Shown in pieces: positions 53,239-62,781 of a DNA stretch of 64,000 nucleotides (position 1 is its first letter; every line of letters begins with the position of its first letter). A model generated the notes under the pieces. That model made no database searches and was not told the origin of the DNA. It was given only the letters and a program-made list of their open reading frames with translations. The translations under genes and the position numbers were made by a program. This DNA comes from Oscillospiraceae bacterium. GTDB lineage: Bacteria > Bacillota > Clostridia > Oscillospirales > CAG-272. The stretch spans positions 12,234 through 76,233 of the forward strand of contig SVRA01000001.1 of assembly GCA_015065075.1 (NCBI GenBank), read 5' to 3'.

Positions 53239-54163
53239 AAAAACAGACCTGACGGTCTCGGCGCTCTGTATGGGAGGATGTCCGCTTGGTGGCTATGGCT
53301 GGGGCGACGTTCAGAGAAACGATCTCATAAACGCTGTAAAAACCGCCGTGGATAACGGAATAAACTTTTTTGATACCGCAGATACGTACGGTCTTGGAGA
53401 GAGCGAAAGAACGCTTGCCGAGGCGCTTGGTACGAGCAACAAGGACGTGGTGATCACCACGAAATTCGGTGTCCGCGTAGAAAACGGTAAAACAACGTAC
53501 GATAATTCTCGCGAGTACATATTTAAGGCGGTAGAGGGTAGCCTTAAGCGACTTAACCGCGATTATATCGATCTTTATCAGGTACATTACCGCGACGGAG
53601 TAACGCCGCTTGCCGACGTTGCCGAATCGCTTAAAATATTGAAGCAGCAGGGAAAGATTCGCTATTACGGACTCTCAAATATTCACGAGCAGGATGCCGC
53701 AGAGCTACGCGCCTTCGGAGAGAGCAATCCTTTCGTTTCGTTCCAGGACGAGTATAGCTTGGCTTGCAGAAAGAACGAGCAGGAAATGTTCCGCTTCCGC
53801 GACGAGTACGAGATGACTCCTTTTACCTGGGGAAGCTTGGGACAGGGAATTCTAAGCGGAAAATACGATAAAAATTGCAAATTTGAAGCAAACGACCGCC
53901 GTTCCCGTGATATTTACGTCAACTTCCACGGCGCAAAGCTCTTAAAGAACCTTGAGATCGTAGAGGTCTTAAAGGAAATTGCCGCAGAGCAAAATAAATC
54001 GGTCTCTTCGGTTGCGATCCGTTGGATTTTGGACTATCTGAACGACTCGGTCGTGATCGTGGGCGCAAAGTCCCCAAAACAGATACTGCAAAACACAGAG
54101 GCGTTGGATTGGACGCTGACGCCCGAGCAGATCGACAGATTAGAGAAGATTTCGAGGGATTAA
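53219..54163 (+). CDS. aldo/keto reductase
   Basis: The ORF-track start 53153 lies inside the upstream gene. MQKVTIKK at 53219 gives a typical AKR N-terminus, with GINFFDTADTYGLGESE and LYQVH motifs. Confidence 0.88.
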   Translation: MQKVTIKKTDLTVSALCMGGCPLGGYGWGDVQRNDLINAVKTAVDNGINFFDTADTYGLGESERTLAEALGTSNKDVVITTKFGVRVENGKTTYDNSREYIFKAVEGSLKRLNRDYIDLYQVHYRDGVTPLADVAESLKILKQQGKIRYYGLSNIHEQDAAELRAFGESNPFVSFQDEYSLACRKNEQEMFRFRDEYEMTPFTWGSLGQGILSGKYDKNCKFEANDRRSRDIYVNFHGAKLLKNLEIVEVLKEIAAEQNKSVSSVAIRWILDYLNDSVVIVGAKSPKQILQNTEALDWTLTPEQIDRLEKISRD

Positions 54164-54244
54164 AAGCCGCAAGGACACTGAATTTTGCCAATAAGGCAAA
54201 TCAAACAAACTTGTGTCGCCGTTGGCGACGGAATGGAGATTTTA

Positions 54245-55096
54245 ATGAAAAGTGAACAGTTGGCGTGGCTTATAAGACGTCACGGAATTGAAATGACTCA
54301 TATTTCTCACGGTAGCCATATCGGCGCGATTTTGTCGGTCGCCGACATAGTTGCAGTGCTTTATAACGACGTGGCAAACGTTTCGCCCGAAAAATTAAAG
54401 GACGAAAACCGTGACAGAATTATTCTGAGTAAGGGTCATGCAGGCGCGGCGATATACGCGGCTCTGGCAGAAAAGGGCTTTTTCGACAGAGAAGAGCTGA
54501 AAACTCATTACGCCGACGGTAGCCGCCTTTCAGGTCACGTTTCTCATAAGGGTGTGCCCGGTGTAGAATTTTCCACGGGCTCGCTCGGTCATGGCGCTTG
54601 CGTTGCGGCAGGTATGGCGCTTAACGCAAAGCTTGAAAAAAAGCCGTACTACACCTACGCGATCGTAGGCGACGGTGAGTGCGATGAGGGCTCTATTTGG
54701 GAAATGGCGCTCTTTGCAAATCACTTCAAGCTTAATCAGTTTGTCGTTGTCGTAGACCACAATAAGATGCAGAGCTTGGATTTCTGTGAAAATACGCTCG
54801 CACTTGCTCCGTTTGCTGATAAGTGGAGATCGTTCGGCTGGAACGTGCTTGATATCGACGGACATGATCACGATGCGCTTCGTGACGCATTCGCAAAAGC
54901 AAAGGAAAGTGCGGACAAGCCCACCGTCATTATCGCGAATACGGTAAAGGGTAAGGGCGTGTCGTTTATGGAGTTTGACATTCTGTGGCACTACCGTTTT
55001 CCGCACGACGGTGAGGAATACGACGGAGCGCTTGCAGAGCTGCACGCGGCGATGCCCGACGGAGTTGTTGATCCCTACGAGGAGGAAGCAAAATGA
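54245..55096 (+). CDS. transketolase, N-terminal subunit (split type)
   Basis: The ORF runs from 54185, but MKSEQL at 54245 has RBS ggaga. Motifs: GHIGAILSVADI, SKGHAG, GSLGHG and the TPP motif GDGECDEGSIWE. Confidence 0.9.
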   Translation: MKSEQLAWLIRRHGIEMTHISHGSHIGAILSVADIVAVLYNDVANVSPEKLKDENRDRIILSKGHAGAAIYAALAEKGFFDREELKTHYADGSRLSGHVSHKGVPGVEFSTGSLGHGACVAAGMALNAKLEKKPYYTYAIVGDGECDEGSIWEMALFANHFKLNQFVVVVDHNKMQSLDFCENTLALAPFADKWRSFGWNVLDIDGHDHDALRDAFAKAKESADKPTVIIANTVKGKGVSFMEFDILWHYRFPHDGEEYDGALAELHAAMPDGVVDPYEEEAK

Positions 55097-56010
55097 GAGA
55101 TACGTTCGTAAAAACTTTGCTTGAAATCGCAAAGAAAGATAAAAACGTTTACATAGTTACGGGTGACCTTGGGTTCGGTGTGTTGAAGCCCTTTTGGACA
55201 GAGCTGCCCGATCAGATCATCAACGCGGGCATCGCGGAGCAGAATATGACCTCTATCGCGGCGGGACTTGCGATGCAAGGCAAGATCGTTTATACATACT
55301 CGATCGGAAATTTTCCCACGCTCCGTTGCATAGAGCAGATCCGAAACGACTGCGCGTATCATAACGCAAACGTAAAGGTCGTCTGCGTAGGCGGCGGCTT
55401 TGTATACGGCTCGCTTGGTATGAGCCACCACGCCACCGAGGATATCGCGATCATGCGCGCACTTCCCGACGTGACCGTGCTCGCCCCAGGAGACCTTGTT
55501 GAAGCAGAGGCGGCAACCAAGGCGATATATGAAACCCCCGGCACCTGCTATCTGCGTCTTGGCAGAGGCGGTGAAAAGCGCATACACGAAAAGCTCGACG
55601 GGTTTGAAGTCGGTAAGGCGATCGAGATACAGCAGGGCGAAAAGGTCGCCGTTTTCTCAACGGGCGCTATCTTCGACGAGGTCGATGAGGCGTGCGGAGA
55701 ATTGAAGGCGCAGGGCATAGTGCCCACCGTGTATACCTTCCCGACGGTCAAGCCGATCGACAAAGAAGTTATTCTTGAGTGTGCAAAGAATTATAAAGCA
55801 ATCGTTACGGTGGAAGAGCACAATTTAAGCGGCGGCTTCGGCTCCGCGGTTGCCGAGGTCTTGGCTGAAAGCGACGGTGCTCATGCAAAGCTTGTTCGCG
55901 TTGCTCTCGACGACAGATACTCCTGTATCGTAGGAAGCCAGAAATATTTGAGAAAACAATATTCGATCGACGCAAAAGCGATCATAGAAAAAGTAAAAGA
56001 GAATTGGTGA
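55093..56010 (+). CDS. transketolase, C-terminal subunit (split type)
   Basis: 305 aa. GIAEQNMTSIAAGLA. Overlaps the upstream stop by 4 nt. Confidence 0.9.
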   Translation: MRDTFVKTLLEIAKKDKNVYIVTGDLGFGVLKPFWTELPDQIINAGIAEQNMTSIAAGLAMQGKIVYTYSIGNFPTLRCIEQIRNDCAYHNANVKVVCVGGGFVYGSLGMSHHATEDIAIMRALPDVTVLAPGDLVEAEAATKAIYETPGTCYLRLGRGGEKRIHEKLDGFEVGKAIEIQQGEKVAVFSTGAIFDEVDEACGELKAQGIVPTVYTFPTVKPIDKEVILECAKNYKAIVTVEEHNLSGGFGSAVAEVLAESDGAHAKLVRVALDDRYSCIVGSQKYLRKQYSIDAKAIIEKVKENW

Positions 56011-56011
56011 G

Positions 56012-57085
56012 ATGAAAAAAATACTCATTTTGGTAAATGACGTAACAACCGTTTTGCAGTTTCGTTGCGAGCTTGTGCGCGCCTTGGTCGCCGAAGGGCA
56101 CGAGGTGACGGTCAGCGTTCCGAAAAGCGACCGAATTCCCGAAATAGAGGCGCTTGGCGCGAAAGTTGTAGAAACCGAAGTAGCAAGACACGGCAAAAAT
56201 CCTATGCAGGATTTAAAGCTTTTGAAAAACTATAAGAAGCTGTTGAGAGCGCTTAAGCCCGATATCGCGCTGTCGTTTACGATCAAGCCCAACGTATACG
56301 GCGGCATGGCTTGCGGAAGCTTAAAGATACCGTATGTTGCCAACGTTACGGGACTTGGTGTCGTCGGTGACGGCGGAATTATGCAAAAGCTGATGCTGTG
56401 GCTCTATAAAAACGGCTTAAAAAAGGCAAAATGCGTATTTTTCCAAAACCAAGCCAATGAAAAGTTCTTCCGAGAGAAAAAAGTCGTTTCTGGAAAAACG
56501 GAATTATTGCCCGGCTCGGGAGTTAACGTAGAAAAATTTTCGTTCGTTGACTATCCCGAGGAGAGAACAACGAATATCGTGTTCGTCGGAAGGATCATCA
56601 AAGACAAGGGCGTGTTTGAATTAGCCGAGGCGGCTAAGCGCCTCCAAAATAACAGCGACCTGAAATTCACCGTCGTAGGTGACGTGGAATATGGAGCAGA
56701 AAACCCCTTTACAGAGCTTCCCAACGTAGAATGTGTAGGATTCCATAAAGATGTAAAGCCGTATTTGAAGGATGCCCACGCGATCGTGCTGCCTTCCTAT
56801 CATGAGGGAATGGCAAACGTTTTGCTGGAAGCGGCGGCAAGCGGTCGTCCGATTTTAGCGTCCGATATTCCGGGTTGCACAGAGACCTTTGACGAAGGTG
56901 TGACGGGCTTTGGTTTTAAAGCCAAGGACGTGGATAGCTTAACGGGGGCTATAGAAAAATTCGTTGCTTTGCCTTATGAGGAAAAACGCGAGATGGGCAA
57001 GGCAGGCAGAAATAAAATTGAAAATGAATTCAACCGAAAGATCGTTGTTGATAAATATCTACATCAAGTCAATTCATTAGAATAA
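56012..57085 (+). CDS. glycosyltransferase family 4 (GT-B, retaining)
   Basis: 357 aa. Contains PSYHEGMANVLLEAAASGRPILASDIPG...F, an E-x7-E region. Confidence 0.88.
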   Translation: MKKILILVNDVTTVLQFRCELVRALVAEGHEVTVSVPKSDRIPEIEALGAKVVETEVARHGKNPMQDLKLLKNYKKLLRALKPDIALSFTIKPNVYGGMACGSLKIPYVANVTGLGVVGDGGIMQKLMLWLYKNGLKKAKCVFFQNQANEKFFREKKVVSGKTELLPGSGVNVEKFSFVDYPEERTTNIVFVGRIIKDKGVFELAEAAKRLQNNSDLKFTVVGDVEYGAENPFTELPNVECVGFHKDVKPYLKDAHAIVLPSYHEGMANVLLEAAASGRPILASDIPGCTETFDEGVTGFGFKAKDVDSLTGAIEKFVALPYEEKREMGKAGRNKIENEFNRKIVVDKYLHQVNSLE

Positions 57086-57104
57086 ACGTTAGGAGATAAA
57101 GGAT

Positions 57105-58421
57105 ATGTACGCAAATCTTTATGAGAAAATAGTAAAAGGCGAGGAAAAAATCTCGCTTGTTGGCCTTGGCTACGTTGGAATGCCTATTGCGGTTGCTTTT
57201 GCAAAAAAGGTAAAGGTCGTTGGCTACGACTTGAACAAGGCAAAAATCGAGCTTTATAAATCGGGAATAGATCCTACAAATGAGGTTGGAAACGACGCCA
57301 TCAAAAATAGCACGGTGGAATTTACCTCCGATGAGAGCAAGCTTCGCGAAGCAAAGTTTCATATCGTGGCAGTACCCACCCCGGTTTACGATGACCATAC
57401 ACCCGACCTGACACCCGTTGAGGGCGCAAGCAGAATTTTGGGAAGAAATCTCGTAAAGGGAAGTGTCGTTGTCTTTGAGTCAACCGTCTATCCCGGTGTT
57501 ACCGAGGATGTTTGCGTACCTATTCTTGAAAAGGAATCAGGTCTCAAGTGCGGAGTGGATTTCAAGGTCGGCTACTCGCCTGAGCGAATCAATCCCGGCG
57601 ATAAGGTGCACCGCCTTGAAACTATCACGAAGATCGTTTCGGGTATGGATGACGAAACGCTCGACGTGGTTGCGAAGGTATATGAGCTCGTGGTTGACGC
57701 GGGTGTACATAGAGCCTCCTGCATTAAGGTCGCAGAGGCGGCAAAGGTAATCGAAAACAGCCAGCGCGACATCAATATCGCGTTTATGAACGAGCTTTCG
57801 ATCATCTTCAATAAGATCGGCATCGATACAAAATCGGTTCTCGAGGCGGCAGGAACAAAGTGGAATTTCCTCAAGTTCTATCCGGGTCTTGTCGGCGGTC
57901 ATTGCATTGGCGTTGACCCCTATTATCTGACCTACAAGGCAGAGCAGCTCGGTTATCATAGTCAGGTCATCCTCGCAGGTCGCCGCATCAACGACGATAT
58001 GGGTAAATACGTTGCCGAAAACGTAGTTAAAAATCTTATTAAGGCAGAAAAATCGGTAAAGGGCGCGAGGGTGGCTATTCTTGGCTTTACCTTCAAGGAA
58101 AATTGTCCCGACACGAGAAATACGAAGATATTTGACATCGTAAAGGAGCTTCGTGAATACGGTATTGAACCTACGATTGCAGATCCCACCGCAGACGCGG
58201 CAGAGGCAAAGCATCTCTACGGCGTGGAGTTCGTGGATATCAATACGGTCAAGGATATGGACGCTGTCGTATTAGCTGTTGCTCATGACGCGTTCGCTCA
58301 TTTCACGATGGTAGATATGGACAAGTTCTTTGGAAACGGACAGAAGGTCCTGCTCGACATCAAGGGACTTCTTAACAGAGCGGAATACGAAAAGGCTGGA
58401 TACAGCTACTGGAGATTATAA
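57105..58421 (+). CDS. nucleotide-sugar 6-dehydrogenase, TviB/WbpO/CapL-like (UDP-GlcNAc or UDP-ManNAc dehydrogenase)
   Basis: 438 aa. Rossmann motif [14 protein letters not shown] and catalytic Cys [12 protein letters not shown]. Confidence 0.88.
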   Translation: MYANLYEKIVKGEEKISLVGLGYVGMPIAVAFAKKVKVVGYDLNKAKIELYKSGIDPTNEVGNDAIKNSTVEFTSDESKLREAKFHIVAVPTPVYDDHTPDLTPVEGASRILGRNLVKGSVVVFESTVYPGVTEDVCVPILEKESGLKCGVDFKVGYSPERINPGDKVHRLETITKIVSGMDDETLDVVAKVYELVVDAGVHRASCIKVAEAAKVIENSQRDINIAFMNELSIIFNKIGIDTKSVLEAAGTKWNFLKFYPGLVGGHCIGVDPYYLTYKAEQLGYHSQVILAGRRINDDMGKYVAENVVKNLIKAEKSVKGARVAILGFTFKENCPDTRNTKIFDIVKELREYGIEPTIADPTADAAEAKHLYGVEFVDINTVKDMDAVVLAVAHDAFAHFTMVDMDKFFGNGQKVLLDIKGLLNRAEYEKAGYSYWRL

Positions 58422-58422
58422 A

Positions 58423-59397
58423 ATGGGATATAAGCATTTACAGTTTCCCGAAGGATCGAAATTTCTCGTAACGGGCGGCGCGGGCTTTATCGGCTCAAAT
58501 CTTTGTGAGACAATTTTGAATATGGGATACAAGGTTCGTTGCCTTGACGATCTCTCTACGGGCAAGCAGGAAAACGTGGATATGTTTCTTGGAAACCCGA
58601 ATTACGAATTTATCAAGGGCGACATCAAGGACCTCGATACTTGTATGAAAGCTTGCGAGGGAGTGGATTATGTGCTCAATCAGGCGGCGTGGGGAAGCGT
58701 ACCGCGTTCGATCGAAATGCCGATCTTTTATTGCAAAAACAATATTGAGGGCACTTTGAATATGCTCGAGGCGGCGCGTCAGCAGGGGGTAAAGAAATTT
58801 GTTTACGCTTCGTCGTCGTCGGTCTACGGCGATGAGCCCAATCTGCCGAAAACCGAGGGCAGAGAAGGCAATTTGCTCTCTCCCTATGCGCTGACCAAGC
58901 GTTGCGACGAGGAGTGGGCAAAGCTTTATACAAAGCTTTACGGACTTGATACGTACGGAATGCGCTATTTCAACGTGTTCGGCCGCAGGCAAGATCCAAA
59001 CGGAACTTACGCTGCGGTTATCCCGAAGTTTATCAAGCAGCTCTTGAACGATGAGCAGCCCACGATCAACGGAGATGGCAAGCAGAGCCGCGATTTTACC
59101 TATATCGATAACGTTATAGAGGCTAATCTTAAGGCTTGTCTTGCTTCACACGAGGCGGCGGGAAGAGCATATAACATAGCATACGGTGGCAGAGAGTATC
59201 TGATCGATATTTATCATACGCTGACACGGGCGTTGGGTAAGGACATCGAGCCCAACTTCGGCCCCGACAGAAAGGGAGATATCAAGCACTCCAATGCGGA
59301 TATTTCTGCGGCAAGAGAAATGCTTGGCTATGACCCCGACTACGATTTTGCCAAGGGCTTGAACGAAGCGATCGCTTGGTATAAGGAGAATTTGTAA
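58423..59397 (+). CDS. NAD-dependent 4-epimerase, TviC/WbpP-like
   Basis: The ORF-track start 58330 overlaps the upstream gene. MGYKHL at 58423 follows the upstream stop directly. VTGGAGFIGSNL and the catalytic YALTK are present. Confidence 0.88.
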   Translation: MGYKHLQFPEGSKFLVTGGAGFIGSNLCETILNMGYKVRCLDDLSTGKQENVDMFLGNPNYEFIKGDIKDLDTCMKACEGVDYVLNQAAWGSVPRSIEMPIFYCKNNIEGTLNMLEAARQQGVKKFVYASSSSVYGDEPNLPKTEGREGNLLSPYALTKRCDEEWAKLYTKLYGLDTYGMRYFNVFGRRQDPNGTYAAVIPKFIKQLLNDEQPTINGDGKQSRDFTYIDNVIEANLKACLASHEAAGRAYNIAYGGREYLIDIYHTLTRALGKDIEPNFGPDRKGDIKHSNADISAAREMLGYDPDYDFAKGLNEAIAWYKENL

Positions 59398-60276
59398 ATG
59401 GATTATAAAAGAATTTTCAAAAATCGAGAGTTCCGTTTGAAGCTTATAAACTGTTTGCGCTTTATTCCTACAAAGCCATATCTGAAGATGGTATATAGAA
59501 TCAAGACGGGAAAAAAATTAAATCTTAAAAATCCTGTTGGATTTAATGAGAAGCTGAACTGGCTTAAAATCAACGATGTACATCCCGAATATACCGACTA
59601 TGTTGATAAAATTAAGGTGAGAGATATTGTAAAAGAGAAATTGGGTGAGGATATTTGTTTTCCTTTGCTGGGACAGTGGGAAAGATATGAGGATATTGAT
59701 TTTTCTAAGCTGCCCGATCAGTTTGTTTTAAAATGTAATCACGATTCGGGAAGTGTTAAGATTGTTAAAGATAAATCGACAATTAATCACGAAGAATTTG
59801 CTAAATTCTACAAATCCAGATTGAAAATGAATCCGTATACCATTGGACGAGAATATCCGTACAAAAAAGTAAAGTCAATGATTATGGCGGAAAAATATAT
59901 GGTTCCGGAAGGGGCAAGAGACATTGAAGATTACAAGTTTTTCTGCTTCAACGGAGAGCCTGAAATTATGTTTGTTGCTACGGAAAGAAGCAGGGACTGT
60001 AAGTTCGATTTCTATGATATGAACTTTAATCATTTGGATATCGTAACGATTCATCCACAATCGGGAAAAATATTGCCAAAGCCGGTCTCGTTCGATCGAA
60101 TGAAAGAGATTGCCTCTGTCTTATCAAAGGGGATAAAGGCTGTTCGTATTGATTTGTATGAAATAGACGGAAAAATATATTTTGGAGAATACACCTTTTT
60201 CCACGGTGGAGGTTTTTATTTGTTTACTCCCGAGGAATGGGAGAAAAAATTAGGAGATCTGATAGATGTTCAATAG
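59398..60276 (+). CDS. ATP-grasp fold amidoligase family protein (TupA-like)
   Basis: 292 aa. FNEKLNWLK, FVLKCNHDSG, EDYKFFCFNGEP and RIDLYEIDGKIYFGEYTF are typical of the TupA-like ATP-grasp family found in capsule loci. Confidence 0.8.
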   Translation: MDYKRIFKNREFRLKLINCLRFIPTKPYLKMVYRIKTGKKLNLKNPVGFNEKLNWLKINDVHPEYTDYVDKIKVRDIVKEKLGEDICFPLLGQWERYEDIDFSKLPDQFVLKCNHDSGSVKIVKDKSTINHEEFAKFYKSRLKMNPYTIGREYPYKKVKSMIMAEKYMVPEGARDIEDYKFFCFNGEPEIMFVATERSRDCKFDFYDMNFNHLDIVTIHPQSGKILPKPVSFDRMKEIASVLSKGIKAVRIDLYEIDGKIYFGEYTFFHGGGFYLFTPEEWEKKLGDLIDVQ

Positions 60277-60304
60277 TATGAATGTTTATCAATAGAACAC
60301 AGAT

Positions 60305-61579
60305 ATGAAAGTGCTTTTTGTTTCACAATCTCCCATAAATGCGAGTGTCAGCGTTGGGAACACTTTTTTGAATGTTTTCAACGATCTTGAAGATGTTGAA
60401 TTTGGAAGCGTATATGCAAAGAATGGACTACCCGATGCGCGTATTAAAGCCGCGTTTCGCGTCAACGAAAAAATGATCGTTAAGAGGTTGATTGGAAAAA
60501 CTGTGGGGGAGCCAGTCTATTCCAGATATACAGGAGAAAGAGTGCTTGACGGAAAAGCTACAAGATTCGCAAAACGAAAACGATGGACGATATTTTTTTG
60601 GGTGCAAAATTTGATTTGGAGATTGCCATTCTGGAAATCCAAGGAACTGAAAAACTTTTTAGACGACTATAATCCTGATGTAATTTTTACGGTTTTAAGT
60701 GATTCTGTTCCTTTAAATCGTATGATTCGTTTTGTGCAAAAGTATACAAACAAGCCGTTGGCTTTGTATGCTTGGGACGATAATTACAGCATGCAGACGA
60801 GTGGAGCTTCTCCTTTAAAAAAGTTGAATCGTTTAATTAGCAGAGCAAGTATGCGTAAAACTGTCAAAAAAGCTTCTCAATTTTACGTTATTTCAAAAAT
60901 ACAAAAAACCGAATACGAAGCTTGGTTTCAGCGAGAGTGTAAAATATTGACGAAATCAGAGAAATTTTCTTCAGAACCTTATTTCAAAGAAAATTACGGA
61001 ACTCCTCTGCATCTTGTATTTACAGGCAATATTGGTATGAATCGTTGGAAGTCTTTGGGAATGATTGCAAGGGCTTTGCAATGTATCAACAGCAATGGTG
61101 TAAAAGCGCAATTGTATATCTACTCGGGAAACATACCCACAGATGAAATGTTAGCAACTTTAAATGTCGGGGATTCCTCGTTTTTTATGGGGAGTGTTTC
61201 TGCTGAACAAGTGGCAGATTTGCAGAGAAGCGCGGATATCCTTGTTCACGTTGAGGGATTGGATAAAAAAAGTCAAAAAGAAGTACATCAATCTTTTTCG
61301 ACGAAATTGGTGGATTATTTCAAAATGGCGCGTCCGATTTTAGCTGTTGGACCGAAAAATGTTGCTTCTATCGAGCATTTAAGAGAGAACAGTTGCGCAC
61401 TTTTAGCCGAAACAGAGAAAGAGTTGTCTGACTGTTTATTGTCTGTAATTAATGACTATGAGAAGTTACATTTGTTGGCTAAAAATGCTTATGAATGTGG
61501 CAAAAAAAACCATGATCAAACAGTTATGAAAAAAATGTTGGAAACGGATATGCGACAATTGTGTAAGGGGAATGAATGA
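60305..61579 (+). CDS. hypothetical protein, possibly a GT-B-like glycosyltransferase
   Basis: 424 aa. The N-terminus MKVLFVSQSP and a C-terminal half with FTGNIG resemble the GT-B layout. No firm motif, and the DNA is AT-rich. Confidence 0.45.
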   Translation: MKVLFVSQSPINASVSVGNTFLNVFNDLEDVEFGSVYAKNGLPDARIKAAFRVNEKMIVKRLIGKTVGEPVYSRYTGERVLDGKATRFAKRKRWTIFFWVQNLIWRLPFWKSKELKNFLDDYNPDVIFTVLSDSVPLNRMIRFVQKYTNKPLALYAWDDNYSMQTSGASPLKKLNRLISRASMRKTVKKASQFYVISKIQKTEYEAWFQRECKILTKSEKFSSEPYFKENYGTPLHLVFTGNIGMNRWKSLGMIARALQCINSNGVKAQLYIYSGNIPTDEMLATLNVGDSSFFMGSVSAEQVADLQRSADILVHVEGLDKKSQKEVHQSFSTKLVDYFKMARPILAVGPKNVASIEHLRENSCALLAETEKELSDCLLSVINDYEKLHLLAKNAYECGKKNHDQTVMKKMLETDMRQLCKGNE

Positions 61580-62781
61580 AAGTCTTACAAATCAACGCCG
61601 TGTACGGATTTAAAAGCACGGGTGTTATCGTAAAAGATATAGGCGATATGCTGTCCCAAAACGGTAATGAAGCATATTTCGCATATCAAACGACGAATAA
61701 AGAGCTTGAAACCGGCTTTTTGGTTGGCAACAAGCTTGATTGGAAACATCACGCCGTTCATGCCCGTTTGTTCGGCAAGCAGGCTTATGCGAGTAAGCGC
61801 TCTACGAAAAAGCTTATAAGATGGATAGATAAAGTTCAGCCCGACGTCGTCCATTTTCACAATTTGCATAGCAACTACGTAAATCTCAATATGCTTTGCG
61901 ATTATCTTGCGGCTGAAAAGATACCGACTGTGATCACAATGCATGATTGCTGGTATTTCACGGGCAAGTGCACTCATTATGCAGCGGTCAAGTGCGACAA
62001 GTGGCAAAAGGAGTGTGGCAATTGCCCTCTCAATAAAACCGAGCAGCCGAGTTTGTTTTTTGATAGTACATCAAATGTGCTGCGTGATCGAACTGAGCAT
62101 TTGCTTAAGATACCAAGCCTTACTTTAGTTGGTTGCAGCAATTGGATCGCAAACGAGGCAAGAAAGTCGAAGCTCGGCTCGGCAGATATTGACGTTGTAT
62201 ATAACGGTGTGGATACAGAAATATTCAAGCCGCATGAGAGCAGTGTCCGCAGAGAGCTTGGATTAGACGGCAAATTCGTCATTCTCGGAATGGCGGATAA
62301 GTGGGCTGCAGAACAAAATCGCGAAATTGTCGGGAAGCTCGTTTCGGCTCAGGACGAAAACACAAAAATTGTTATCGTCGGTTGCAAGAAACAACACAAA
62401 GAATATCTTTCGCGTTTTGAAAATGTGGTTACTGTTGGTTACGTTACGGATAGACATCGTCTTTCGGACATTTATGCCGCCGCGGATGTGTTCGTGAACT
62501 TGACCAGAGCAGACACTTTGCCGACAGTCAATATGGAAAGCATTTGCTGCGGAACACCGGTTATAACCTTCGATTCCTGCGGCAGTCCCGAGCTGGTTGA
62601 CGAAGAATGTGGCTTTGTTGTCAGAGAAGGCGACTATGATGGTTTGATTGCCGCCATAGAAAAGATCAAGTGCCAGCTTCTTTCCTTCGATGTTCAAAAG
62701 CAGCATCAAAAATTTGATAAAAACGAGTGCTACAAAAAGTACTTGGATATTTATAAACATATAAGTGAGAATGTAAAATGA
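61576..62781 (+). CDS. glycosyltransferase (GT-B, family 1/4-like) with an N-domain Cys cluster
   Basis: 401 aa. MKVLQINAVYG...GV and a C-terminal segment NLTRADTLPTVNMESICCGTPVITF. The Cys cluster is CWYFTGKCTHYAAVKCDKWQKECGNCP. Confidence 0.75.
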   Translation: MKVLQINAVYGFKSTGVIVKDIGDMLSQNGNEAYFAYQTTNKELETGFLVGNKLDWKHHAVHARLFGKQAYASKRSTKKLIRWIDKVQPDVVHFHNLHSNYVNLNMLCDYLAAEKIPTVITMHDCWYFTGKCTHYAAVKCDKWQKECGNCPLNKTEQPSLFFDSTSNVLRDRTEHLLKIPSLTLVGCSNWIANEARKSKLGSADIDVVYNGVDTEIFKPHESSVRRELGLDGKFVILGMADKWAAEQNREIVGKLVSAQDENTKIVIVGCKKQHKEYLSRFENVVTVGYVTDRHRLSDIYAAADVFVNLTRADTLPTVNMESICCGTPVITFDSCGSPELVDEECGFVVREGDYDGLIAAIEKIKCQLLSFDVQKQHQKFDKNECYKKYLDIYKHISENVK

